This document shows positions 36,100 to 44,423 of a stretch of DNA of 64,000 nucleotides, in pieces. The stretch is from a virus. Its lineage: Duplodnaviria; Caudoviricetes. Within the stretch, counting starts at the first letter, position 1; every line of letters starts with the position of its first letter. The translations under genes were made by a program, and so were the position numbers. Location of the stretch: positions 16,298-80,297 of the IMG/VR virus record IMGVR_UViG_2974556029_000001, one strand, 5' to 3'. The notes under the pieces were generated by a model. The model searched no databases. It was not told the DNA's origin and was given only the letters and a program-made list of their open reading frames with translations.

Positions 36100-38277
36100 A
36101 TGAAGCTTCGTCCCACCAAGGTCGCATCGACGCCCGTCCGCGATCCCAAGATCATCGTCCACCCGACGCGGCGCATCGCTGTCGACCTGTTCGCCGGCGG
36201 GGGCGGCGCGTCCGAAGGCTTCAAGATGGCGACCGGGCGAGACCCGGACGTGGCCGTGAACCACAATCCGATCGCGATCGGGATGCACAAGGCCAACCAC
36301 CCGAATTGCCGCCACTTCATTGAGGACGTGCGCAAGGTCGACCCCATCGACGCCTGCAGCTTCGACGCCATGCTGTGCGCTGTCGACAGCTTGTGGCTCA
36401 GCCCCGACTGCACCCACTTCAGCAAGGCGCGCGGCGGCAAGCCTGTCGAGAAGGGCATCCGCTCTCTGGCCGAGGTGCTGATCGACTGGCTCGACGCCCT
36501 GGCGCCCTACGACTGCCACCCGCGCCTGATCCTTCTGGAGAACGTGGAAGAGTTCAAGGACTGGGGCCCGGTCCTGGAGAACGGCAAGCCCTGCCCTGAG
36601 AACAAGGGCATCGACTTCCGCCGCTTCGTGAAGAACATCGAGCGCCACGGCTACAAGGTCGAATGGCGCGAGCTGATCGCCGCCCAAGCCGGCGCTCCAA
36701 CGACCCGCAAGCGCCTCTACCTGATGGCGCGCCGCGATGGTCAGCGCATCCGCTGGCCGGCCGCTCGCTTCCACTCGGCCAAGGACCTGCGCGAAATGCC
36801 GCTGCTGGACCTGACTCTGTGGCGCTCTGCCGCCAGCATCATCGACTGGGGCGTCGAGATCCCGTCGATCTTCAGCCGCAAGCGGCCGTTGAAGCCCAAG
36901 ACGCTGCGCCGCATCGCCCGGGGCGTGGATCGGTTCGTGGTCAACTCCGGCAATCCCTTCATCGTCCCGGTCACCCACACCAGCGACAAGTCCGGAAACG
37001 CGGCCATGCCGTCCACCGAGCCGCTGCGCACGGCGACCGCTGCCAAGGGCGGAGAGTTCGCCCTGGCCGCGCCGACGATCGTCCCGCTGACCCACGATGG
37101 CGGCGAGAGCAGGGTCTACGATCCGCTCGACCCGATGCGGTCCGTGACCGGCGCGAACCGCGGCGAGATGGGCCTGGCCGTTCCGACCCTCATCCCGCGC
37201 TACGGCGAGCGTGAAGGGCAGGAGCCTCGAGTCCTTTCCGCCGATGGGCCGTACCCGACCCCCGTTCCGGGCGGCAACGGCGGCGACCTGGCCGCGACCT
37301 TCCTGCAGAAGATGGCTGAGAACGGTATCGGCACGCCGATCACTGGGCCGCTGGACACGGCGATGGCCGGCGCGACGAAGCACTACCAGGTCGCCGCGCA
37401 CCTGGCGCGCGAGTTCGGCACCGGCGTTGGAAGCGATCCATCTAACCCGGCGCCGACGGTCATGCCCGATGGCGGCGGCAAGACCAAGGTCGTCGCCAGC
37501 CACCTGACGCGCATGGCGAAGGGCCAGGTCGGAAGCGATGCGACCGAACCGGTGAAGACCGGCACGAGCCATGCCAAGGACGGCATCGTCGCGGCGTCCA
37601 TGCTCCAGCACAACGGCGACCGCGTCGGGCGTCCGGCTGACGAACCGGTCACCGCGCTGACAGAGCGCAGCACCCAGCAGCAGCTGATGGCCGTGAGCCT
37701 GGACAGCTACTATCGCACCAGCGCTCCGGCGAGCCCTACCGACCCGACCAAGACGATCACCGAACGCGATCGGATCTGCGTCCAGGCCGCCTACATGGAG
37801 CAGGCCAACACGGGCATGGTCGGCCACGACATGCGTTCGCCGGTCAGCACCATCATGGGCAAGGGCTGCACCCAGCGCCTGGTCGAGATGGGCCTCATGC
37901 CTGTCGATAGCCCGGAAACCTCGACCCGCGCCCACGTCCTGGACCTGCTCTGGAACGAGTTCGGCGCGCCGACGGAAGAGGAATGGGCTGACCCGACGGC
38001 CACGTCTCAGAGCCGCCTGCGCTTCGGGCTGGTGATCTTGGACGGCGCGGTCTGGATGATCGTCGACATCGGCATGCGTATGCTTACGCCGCGCGAACTG
38101 TTCTCGGCCCAGGGCTTCCGCCGCGACTACATCATCGACCGCACCGACGAGGGCAAACCCATCACTAAGACCGCCCAGACCGCCGCCGCGGGCAACAGCG
38201 TCTGCCCGCCTATGGCGGAGGACCTGTACCGCGAGAACCTGACCTGGCTGGAACTGCCGGCACGGATGGCCGCGTAG
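36100..38277 (+). CDS. C5-cytosine DNA methyltransferase
   Basis: DLFAGGGG, SPDCTHFSKA, ENVEEF, T.RKRL, R.LTPREL..AQGF, GNSVCP; long repetitive variable region. Confidence 0.92.
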   Translation: MKLRPTKVASTPVRDPKIIVHPTRRIAVDLFAGGGGASEGFKMATGRDPDVAVNHNPIAIGMHKANHPNCRHFIEDVRKVDPIDACSFDAMLCAVDSLWLSPDCTHFSKARGGKPVEKGIRSLAEVLIDWLDALAPYDCHPRLILLENVEEFKDWGPVLENGKPCPENKGIDFRRFVKNIERHGYKVEWRELIAAQAGAPTTRKRLYLMARRDGQRIRWPAARFHSAKDLREMPLLDLTLWRSAASIIDWGVEIPSIFSRKRPLKPKTLRRIARGVDRFVVNSGNPFIVPVTHTSDKSGNAAMPSTEPLRTATAAKGGEFALAAPTIVPLTHDGGESRVYDPLDPMRSVTGANRGEMGLAVPTLIPRYGEREGQEPRVLSADGPYPTPVPGGNGGDLAATFLQKMAENGIGTPITGPLDTAMAGATKHYQVAAHLAREFGTGVGSDPSNPAPTVMPDGGGKTKVVASHLTRMAKGQVGSDATEPVKTGTSHAKDGIVAASMLQHNGDRVGRPADEPVTALTERSTQQQLMAVSLDSYYRTSAPASPTDPTKTITERDRICVQAAYMEQANTGMVGHDMRSPVSTIMGKGCTQRLVEMGLMPVDSPETSTRAHVLDLLWNEFGAPTEEEWADPTATSQSRLRFGLVILDGAVWMIVDIGMRMLTPRELFSAQGFRRDYIIDRTDEGKPITKTAQTAAAGNSVCPPMAEDLYRENLTWLELPARMAA

Positions 38278-38290
38278 AACGGAGGAGACG

Positions 38291-39094
38291 ATGGTCGCCA
38301 AGAACAAGGAGGGCCGGAGCACGGTCCTCGACCAGTACCGCCCGGCGCACGCCCTGCTCACCGTCCAGACGGCCAAGACCGTCAAGGGCGAGGATCTGGG
38401 CTACGCCTCGGCGATCATGTACCTGCAGCCGCACACCTTGGTCTCGGAGAAGAGCCTGTGCCCTCATAGCAGTCCGGCCTGCCGGGCGGCCTGTCTCGCC
38501 GGCGCGGGGATGAACGATCTTCCCCGCCAGGTAAACGCCAGGACGGAGCGGACCCGGCTCTTCGTCGAGGACCGCGACGCCTTCATGGGCAAGCTGACGA
38601 CGCAGATCCTGGACCTGATGGCGGTCTCTACCCAGGCCGGAAAGAGCCTGGCCGTCCGCCTCAACGGCACGTCCGACATCCTGTGGGAGCGGATCCAGAC
38701 GCCGATGGGCCTGAACATCTTCGACCTGTTCGGGAACGTCCGCTTCTACGACTACACCAAGATCCCGATCCACAAGCGCGATGTGCCGGCGAACGTGCAC
38801 CTAACCTTCTCGCTTGACGAGGAGAACTTCGATCAGGCCGTGGCCTACCTTCGCGCCGGCCAGAGCGTCGCCGCCGTCGTGCCGGCCGAAGAGAAGCTGG
38901 AAGACGGCGCGTGGTTCGCGCTGGGCGACCAGCAGGTCAACGTGGTCGACGGCGACCTTCACGATCTGCGCTTCCTGGATCCGCCGGGTAGCCTGGTGAT
39001 GCTGAAGCCCAAGGGCAACCACATCGCCGGCACCGAACTGATCCAGCGCGGCCTGGTTCGCCGTCTGATCATGGCGGGGAGGAGCGCGGCATGA
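38291..39094 (+). CDS. Phage gp88-like protein
   Basis: CPHSS.ACRAACL, RLNGTSDI.WE, FYDYTK, V.DGD.HDLRFLD, LK.KG. Confidence 0.7.
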   Translation: MVAKNKEGRSTVLDQYRPAHALLTVQTAKTVKGEDLGYASAIMYLQPHTLVSEKSLCPHSSPACRAACLAGAGMNDLPRQVNARTERTRLFVEDRDAFMGKLTTQILDLMAVSTQAGKSLAVRLNGTSDILWERIQTPMGLNIFDLFGNVRFYDYTKIPIHKRDVPANVHLTFSLDEENFDQAVAYLRAGQSVAAVVPAEEKLEDGAWFALGDQQVNVVDGDLHDLRFLDPPGSLVMLKPKGNHIAGTELIQRGLVRRLIMAGRSAA

Positions 39095-39621
39095 CGCCCT
39101 TCCACCAGTTCCGCCTCGAGGTCGCCCGCATCGTTGATGACCTCGGGCCCAAGAGCAGGTCTATGGTCTACGACGTGGCCACCGACACCCTGCGCGACAT
39201 CTGGCGCGCCAGGTCCGCCGCCGCCTACGACTACAGCCTGTGGGGTGCCTTCTGGTACGAGGCGACGCGAGAGGATTTCGATCAGGCGATCGGGAAGCTT
39301 CGGTCAATGACCCCGCCCCAGATCACGCGCGAGATCGGACGAGCTCAGTTCGACGAGGCGTCGATCATCCTGGTGCCGGGCGAGTGCTGGATCGTGGGGA
39401 AGTCCTACGCTTTTCTGATCGCCATGGTCAGCAGCAGCATGGAGTGGGACTATCGGGCCCACGCCAACGTCGAGAAGTGGAAGGCTTTCATCACGTCCAC
39501 GGGGAAAAAGATGAAGGCCTTCCAGTCCGGAAACGACTCGACCACGGCTTCGAGCCATGATGCCGCCATGCGCTCGCTCCGGCGCATGATCGAAACCAAG
39601 ATGGGCGTGTCCTTCGAATGA
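39091..39621 (+). CDS. Hypothetical protein
   Basis: ATGA overlap. Confidence 0.55.
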   Translation: MTPFHQFRLEVARIVDDLGPKSRSMVYDVATDTLRDIWRARSAAAYDYSLWGAFWYEATREDFDQAIGKLRSMTPPQITREIGRAQFDEASIILVPGECWIVGKSYAFLIAMVSSSMEWDYRAHANVEKWKAFITSTGKKMKAFQSGNDSTTASSHDAAMRSLRRMIETKMGVSFE

Positions 39622-39893
39622 ACGACCTCTTCGGAGATCTGCCCGCCTCGAAGCGGCCGCAGAAGCCCCAGGAGCGTCCGAAGACCGCCGCCGCGCCACA
39701 ACGGCCCGCTGAACGATCTTCCCCCGCTCCTGCGCCCGCTCCAGTGGCCGCGCCGACGCCTTGCGGGCGGGACTTTCTCGGCGCGCACAAATGCCGCGTC
39801 GGCGGCGGCCACGCCTACTACAGCGACGACTTCGGCAGGACCTGGTTCTGCGACCAGCACATGCCGCCCAACTTCTTGCCCAAGAGGCCATGA
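39618..39893 (+). CDS. Pro-rich protein with C-terminal Cys/His motif
   Basis: C......C..........W.C..H. Confidence 0.5.
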   Translation: MNDLFGDLPASKRPQKPQERPKTAAAPQRPAERSSPAPAPAPVAAPTPCGRDFLGAHKCRVGGGHAYYSDDFGRTWFCDQHMPPNFLPKRP

Positions 39894-41416
39894 CAATGCG
39901 TTCTGACCCCAACGACGAGGCCCTGCCCTTCAACCTCCAGGCCGAGACCGGCATCCTGGGCGCCCTGATGTTCGATCGCCAGGCCTATTCCGCGATTGAA
40001 GACATGCTCCAGGGCCAGCATTTCTATCTGCCCGGCCACGCGCTGATCTTCGACGCCATCGTCGGGATCTACAAGAAGGATGGCGAGGTCGATCCCGTCC
40101 TGATCGACCGCGCCCTCAAGGGCCAAGAGGACTACGAGGTCCTGGCCAATGACCGCGGTGCGATCGGCTATCTGACCGACCTGCTGCGAAATGCGCCGCC
40201 CTGGCGCAGCACGCCCCAGTACGCCGAGATCATCGTCGACAACGCCGTGCGCCGAGAGATCATCCGCCTGGCGCGCTATACGATCGACGAGGCTAGGAGC
40301 AATCGCGAGGAGAACGCGCTGGACGTGATCAGCGCGGCCCAGAAGAACATGGACGAGGTGGCGGCGTTCGGCCCCACCAAGGTCGCGTGGGTCGACTTGG
40401 GCGCGGTCTATCTGCGCCAACTCCACAAGGCGCGCGATCGCGGCGGCGACGAGCCCGGCATCCCCACCGGGATCCACGATCTCGACAAGGTCCTGGGCGG
40501 CCTGCGCCCGTCGACCACCAACGTCCTGGGCGCGCGTCCCGGCATGGGCAAGTCGGCCGTGGCGGTGCAGATCGCCCTGAACATGGCCAAGGCCGGCTAT
40601 GGCGTGGCCTTCTTCAGCCTGGAGATGCCCGAGGAGCAGCTGGCCACCCGCTTCGGCTGCGCGCTGGCCTATGACCGCATGGCCCCGGTCTACAGCGGAA
40701 AGTCGACCAACCCGACCTATGAGGACTTCGAGCGCGGCAACCTGACGGAGGCGCAGTGGGCGCGCCTGGAGGACGCCGCCGGAGAACTGGCCGAGTTGCC
40801 GATCTACATGGACTTCCGCTCGAAGATGAAGGTCAGCCAGATGTCGGGCGCGGTCCGGCGCCTGCAACGCGAGTGGAAGAGGCGCGGCCTCAAGGGCGGA
40901 GTGTCGATCGTCGACCACATCCTCCACGTCGCCGGCTCGGATCCCAAGGTGACCGACCCGACCCAGAAGTTCACCGAGATCTCCGGCTCGCTCCTGGATA
41001 TGCACAAGACTCTGGAGATGCCTGGCCTGGTCCTCTGTCAGCTGAACCGGAGCGTGGAGTCGCGCGACGACAAGCGCCCGACCATGTCGGACCTGAAGTT
41101 TACCGGCGCGCTGGAGGAGGACGCCTACAGCGTTTCGTTCCTCTACCGGCCGGAATACTACAACCGGCCGCCCGTGGGCGACGAGGAGAGCCCCAAGGCG
41201 GCCAAGGCCTGGGAGCAGTACCACGCCGACAAGAGGCGCTGGGCCAACCGCCTTCTGTGGCTCCAGGAGAAGAACCGCGGCGGCCGTGGCCAGCAGCAGG
41301 TCGAGATGTTCTGCGACATCGGCTGCAACGCGGTTCAGAACCTGGACATGATGGCGGCCGACAACGGGAGCCTCGTCTTCCCGACGGGCGGCGCCGTCTT
41401 CGGGGATGACGTCTGA
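39890..41416 (+). CDS. dnaB: Replicative DNA helicase
   Basis: P.N..AE..ILG, GIPTG..DLD..LGG, GARPGMGKS, FSLEM, QLNR.VESR.DKRP.MSDL...GALE.DA. Confidence 0.93.
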   Translation: MTMRSDPNDEALPFNLQAETGILGALMFDRQAYSAIEDMLQGQHFYLPGHALIFDAIVGIYKKDGEVDPVLIDRALKGQEDYEVLANDRGAIGYLTDLLRNAPPWRSTPQYAEIIVDNAVRREIIRLARYTIDEARSNREENALDVISAAQKNMDEVAAFGPTKVAWVDLGAVYLRQLHKARDRGGDEPGIPTGIHDLDKVLGGLRPSTTNVLGARPGMGKSAVAVQIALNMAKAGYGVAFFSLEMPEEQLATRFGCALAYDRMAPVYSGKSTNPTYEDFERGNLTEAQWARLEDAAGELAELPIYMDFRSKMKVSQMSGAVRRLQREWKRRGLKGGVSIVDHILHVAGSDPKVTDPTQKFTEISGSLLDMHKTLEMPGLVLCQLNRSVESRDDKRPTMSDLKFTGALEEDAYSVSFLYRPEYYNRPPVGDEESPKAAKAWEQYHADKRRWANRLLWLQEKNRGGRGQQQVEMFCDIGCNAVQNLDMMAADNGSLVFPTGGAVFGDDV

Positions 41417-41424
41417 CGATCTCA

Positions 41425-41483
41425 GGTCTATGAGAGAAGGGCGGGCGGCGGAGTTACCAGCTCACGCCGCCCAGACATAGGCT
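41425..41483 (+). promoter_or_regulatory. Long leader stem-loop upstream of the replication initiator
   Basis: GTCTATG/CATAGGC outer stem; GGGCGGCG-GAG/CTC-A-CGCCGCCC inner stem; TTACCAG loop. Confidence 0.55.
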
Positions 41484-41505
41484 TCAACTAGGAGGGAGCA
41501 AGCCA

Positions 41506-41562
41506 ATGCCAAGCGGCAATCTACGTACTTTCGCGCGCGTCCACAAGGACCGCACCCAATGA
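41506..41562 (+). CDS. Putative 18-aa leader peptide MPSGNLRTFARVHKDRTQ
   Basis: AGGAGGGAG SD; its stop overlaps the initiator ATG (ATGA). Confidence 0.35.
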   Translation: MPSGNLRTFARVHKDRTQ

Positions 41563-42446
41563 GCGCGCTTGCTTTCGGCCTGGCCTGCAAGGTCCAGTGC
41601 CCGACGCCGCCGTCGAAGCTGCTGCTTCTGCTGCTGGCCAACCGCGCCGGCCTTGATGGCCTCATTTTCCCAAGCCAGACAACGCTTGCCGAGGAAAGCG
41701 GCCTGAGCGAGCGCGCTGTCCGGGAACATCTGGCGCGCCTCGAAGACGCGCAGCTGATCAAGAGGACGCGAAGGACTCGAGGGGATGGATCTCGCACGTC
41801 CGACAGTTTCGAGCTGCTTTACCTACCGGCAGATTTCGTCTGGCCCGAGGCCGTCCAACCGGCAAAATCCAGCAAGGCCAACCGGCAGGATAAGGCGTTT
41901 CAACCGGCGAGATCTGCCGGGCTGAACTACGAAGATAATCTCCAAGAGGAATCATCCTCGCTACGCTCGGATATACTCGAGGCGGAATTTGAGGATGTCC
42001 CGCTCACCGACGAAGAGCGGGCGGCGAAGGAAGAGGCTGACCGACTGGCCGCCGAAGCCGCTAAGGAGGCTGCGCGCCTGGAGGCGATCGCCATGTCGTC
42101 GGCCTTCGACAAGTTCTGGCACTTCTACCATCGCAAGGTCGCCAAGCCGAAAGCCATCGCGGCCTACAAGAAGGCCGTGGAGCGCATCCGTAAGGAGCGT
42201 CCCGACGCCGATCCGCACGAGGTCATCCTGGAAGGTCTACGGGCCCACTGGAAGGGCTTCGAGCTGCTGCACAAGACCAAGCAGGACTTCGCCATCCCGC
42301 ACCCCACCACCTGGTTGAACCAGGACCGCTACAACGACCGCCCTGAGAACGGAGGCGCAAATGTCCAAATCCCTCGTGACCACCAACGCCAGCAGCGAAT
42401 TGACAACGCTCTCGACGGCGCTCGCCAGTTCCTTGAGGAGGAATAG
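41559..42446 (+). CDS. Phage replication initiator (lambda O-like, N-terminal HTH_36-type)
   Basis: KLLL..LAN.A.....FPSQ.TLA..SGLSER.VR..L..LE...LI.R; C-terminal FD.FW..Y.RKV.K..A and PHP.TWLNQ.R. Confidence 0.85.
   Translation: MSALAFGLACKVQCPTPPSKLLLLLLANRAGLDGLIFPSQTTLAEESGLSERAVREHLARLEDAQLIKRTRRTRGDGSRTSDSFELLYLPADFVWPEAVQPAKSSKANRQDKAFQPARSAGLNYEDNLQEESSSLRSDILEAEFEDVPLTDEERAAKEEADRLAAEAAKEAARLEAIAMSSAFDKFWHFYHRKVAKPKAIAAYKKAVERIRKERPDADPHEVILEGLRAHWKGFELLHKTKQDFAIPHPTTWLNQDRYNDRPENGGANVQIPRDHQRQQRIDNALDGARQFLEEE
41823..41920. repeat. Four iteron-like repeats, putative replication origin inside the initiator gene
   Basis: CTACCGGCAGAT (41823), CAACCGGCAAAAT (41856), CAACCGGCAGGAT (41879), CAACCGGCGAGATCTGCCGG (41901). 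Confidence 0.7.
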
Positions 42447-42882
42447 CAGCGCCAAGGAGGCGATCCGGGACCTGGTGCGAGATCCTCAGGCCAGGGCGGC
42501 CGCGGCGGCATCTGTCCCTGACCTGCAGGCCATGAACCAGCCCATGACGAGGAAGGACATGGTGGACATCTTGGAGCCCCTGATCGCCGTCTATGGCGAC
42601 ACGAAGACCACAGACGAGTGGCGAGTGGCCTGGCGCGAGTTCTATGAGACCATCGGCCACCTTCCGGCGCTCGCCCTGCTGGCCGCAAAGCAGGCCTACA
42701 AGGCTCAGCCGAACGCCTTCACGTTCCCCAAGCCGGGGCCGCTCCTGGCCCTGGCCGAGGAGAAGAGGGCCGAGTTGGCCCGAAACCTCCGATGGGCCAA
42801 GATCATCGCCACGATCGATCCGATGGCCACCCTCGACGAAATCCAGGCCGCCTACGCCGCGTCCTTCGACCAAGGAGACTGA
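42361..42882 (+). CDS. Putative helicase loader/accessory protein (lambda P position)
   Basis: Follows the initiator; W...F...I..LP..A...A...Y......FP.PG.L pattern. Confidence 0.5.
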   Translation: MSKSLVTTNASSELTTLSTALASSLRRNSSAKEAIRDLVRDPQARAAAAASVPDLQAMNQPMTRKDMVDILEPLIAVYGDTKTTDEWRVAWREFYETIGHLPALALLAAKQAYKAQPNAFTFPKPGPLLALAEEKRAELARNLRWAKIIATIDPMATLDEIQAAYAASFDQGD

Positions 42883-42883
42883 A

Positions 42884-43297
42884 ATGGAAATGCCCCGCCC
42901 CGAGAACACCAAGCGCCTGCGCTTCATGCGCACCATCGAGACCGGCCTCACCGGACGCGAGGCGCTGATCCGCGCCGAAGTGATCATGCTGGTGTCGGCC
43001 GACTACGACGGATCGGCCGCGGCGATCGCGATCGACATTGGCGACATGAAGGCGCCGAAGATCGATCTCGTGCCCATGCCCGACTGGTTCGAGCTTCTCG
43101 GTCACGGCCTGGCGCTCGTCGGCGACGAAGAACTGGCGGCCGAGACCGCCACGCTCTGCGATGACATGGACGAGGTCGAGCGCGGACTGAACGCGCCCAA
43201 GCTGCCCGACGTCATCCAGAACGTCCTCGACGGAAAGGTGAGCCTCAAGCCGAAGGATCGCCTCCTGGGCTCGTCCGGGATGTCGGTTAAGCAATGA
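42884..43297 (+). CDS. Hypothetical protein
   Basis: AAGGAG SD; start MEMPRP. Confidence 0.55.
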   Translation: MEMPRPENTKRLRFMRTIETGLTGREALIRAEVIMLVSADYDGSAAAIAIDIGDMKAPKIDLVPMPDWFELLGHGLALVGDEELAAETATLCDDMDEVERGLNAPKLPDVIQNVLDGKVSLKPKDRLLGSSGMSVKQ

Positions 43298-43707
43298 CGC
43301 CTCAGAAGCAGATCTTCCGGCACCGGCCCGAGAACGGCGTCTACGGCGATTGCTATCGCACCGCCCTGGCCTGCATCCTCGACATGAAGCCGGAAGATCT
43401 CCCCCATGAGCACCGGGTGTTCGGCGACAATGAACAGCGGCAATTCTACGACGCGGCCCTTAAGCCTTTCGGCTTCAAGATCGCCCTGTTCGCCTGGACC
43501 TGCAGCCTGGAGGAGGTTTTCGAGGTCATGAAGATCTCGAACCCCGGCATCCACTACATCCTCTCTGGATGGAGCCGATCCAACTGCAACCATTCTGTCG
43601 TCGCACTCGAGGGCGAGATCGTTCACGACCCCTCGCTGACAAACGCCGGAATCGTCGGCCCTTGCGACAACGGTGCCTACTATGTCGAGTTGCTGGTGAG
43701 GGCCTGA
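43294..43707 (+). CDS. Hypothetical protein with papain/transglutaminase-like Cys-His-Asp pattern
   Basis: GDCYRTALACIL...NHSVVALEGEIVHDP. Confidence 0.5.
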   Translation: MTPQKQIFRHRPENGVYGDCYRTALACILDMKPEDLPHEHRVFGDNEQRQFYDAALKPFGFKIALFAWTCSLEEVFEVMKISNPGIHYILSGWSRSNCNHSVVALEGEIVHDPSLTNAGIVGPCDNGAYYVELLVRA

Positions 43708-44423
43708 TGGCGGGCTCGGAGGCAGAAGAGCGCATCCGGGCCCTAGTCGTGGCGGCCATGCGCCGCCGGTGGCCGGACGCCAGGATCATCCACGAGCTCG
43801 TCCTGGACCAGGGCGTGGTGCGGATCGACCTGGCGGCCGTCACCGAGGACCATATCGCCTTGGCCGAGATCAAGAGCGAGCGCGACGTCCTCACCCGCTT
43901 GCCAAAGCAGCTCTCGCTGGCCACGAAGATCGCTGGCGAGACCTGGCTCTGCACCACGCTGAAGCACGCCGGCGAACTGGATCACATGCGATGGGACCGA
44001 AAGGCGCCGGAGCTCAGCGCGGCTCTGCGACACACGGTTCTGATGTTCGAACAGGACGGGTTGCTGAAGCCGAGACATGCGGGCGGCATGGACGCGCCAG
44101 TCCCGGACGTCCGCTCGGTCCTGATGATGTTGTGGGCCGCCGAGCTGCAGCTGATCGCCAAGCCCTTCGGCGGGTGGTCCAAGCCGCGCTTCTGGTGCAT
44201 GCGCGCGATCGTGGAGAACATGAGCGGCCGCGAGATCCGGCGCGCCGTTTGTCAGGCCCTGCGCCGGCGAACCTTCGCCCGGGCCGATGATCCGATCGGC
44301 GTCTTGCCGCCGGAGGAGAAGGTCAAGGCTCAGAACCTATTCCGAGATCCTGCGCCGGCGCCGGACTTCGATTGGCAGGCCTGGCGAGAACAGGTCGCCC
44401 TCCTGGGCCAGGCTCAATCCTGA
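43707..44423 (+). CDS. PD-(D/E)XK nuclease-like protein (sce7726/MmcB-like)
   Basis: IHEL......RIDLAAV......EIKSERD...RL..Q. Confidence 0.6.
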   Translation: MAGSEAEERIRALVVAAMRRRWPDARIIHELVLDQGVVRIDLAAVTEDHIALAEIKSERDVLTRLPKQLSLATKIAGETWLCTTLKHAGELDHMRWDRKAPELSAALRHTVLMFEQDGLLKPRHAGGMDAPVPDVRSVLMMLWAAELQLIAKPFGGWSKPRFWCMRAIVENMSGREIRRAVCQALRRRTFARADDPIGVLPPEEKVKAQNLFRDPAPAPDFDWQAWREQVALLGQAQS

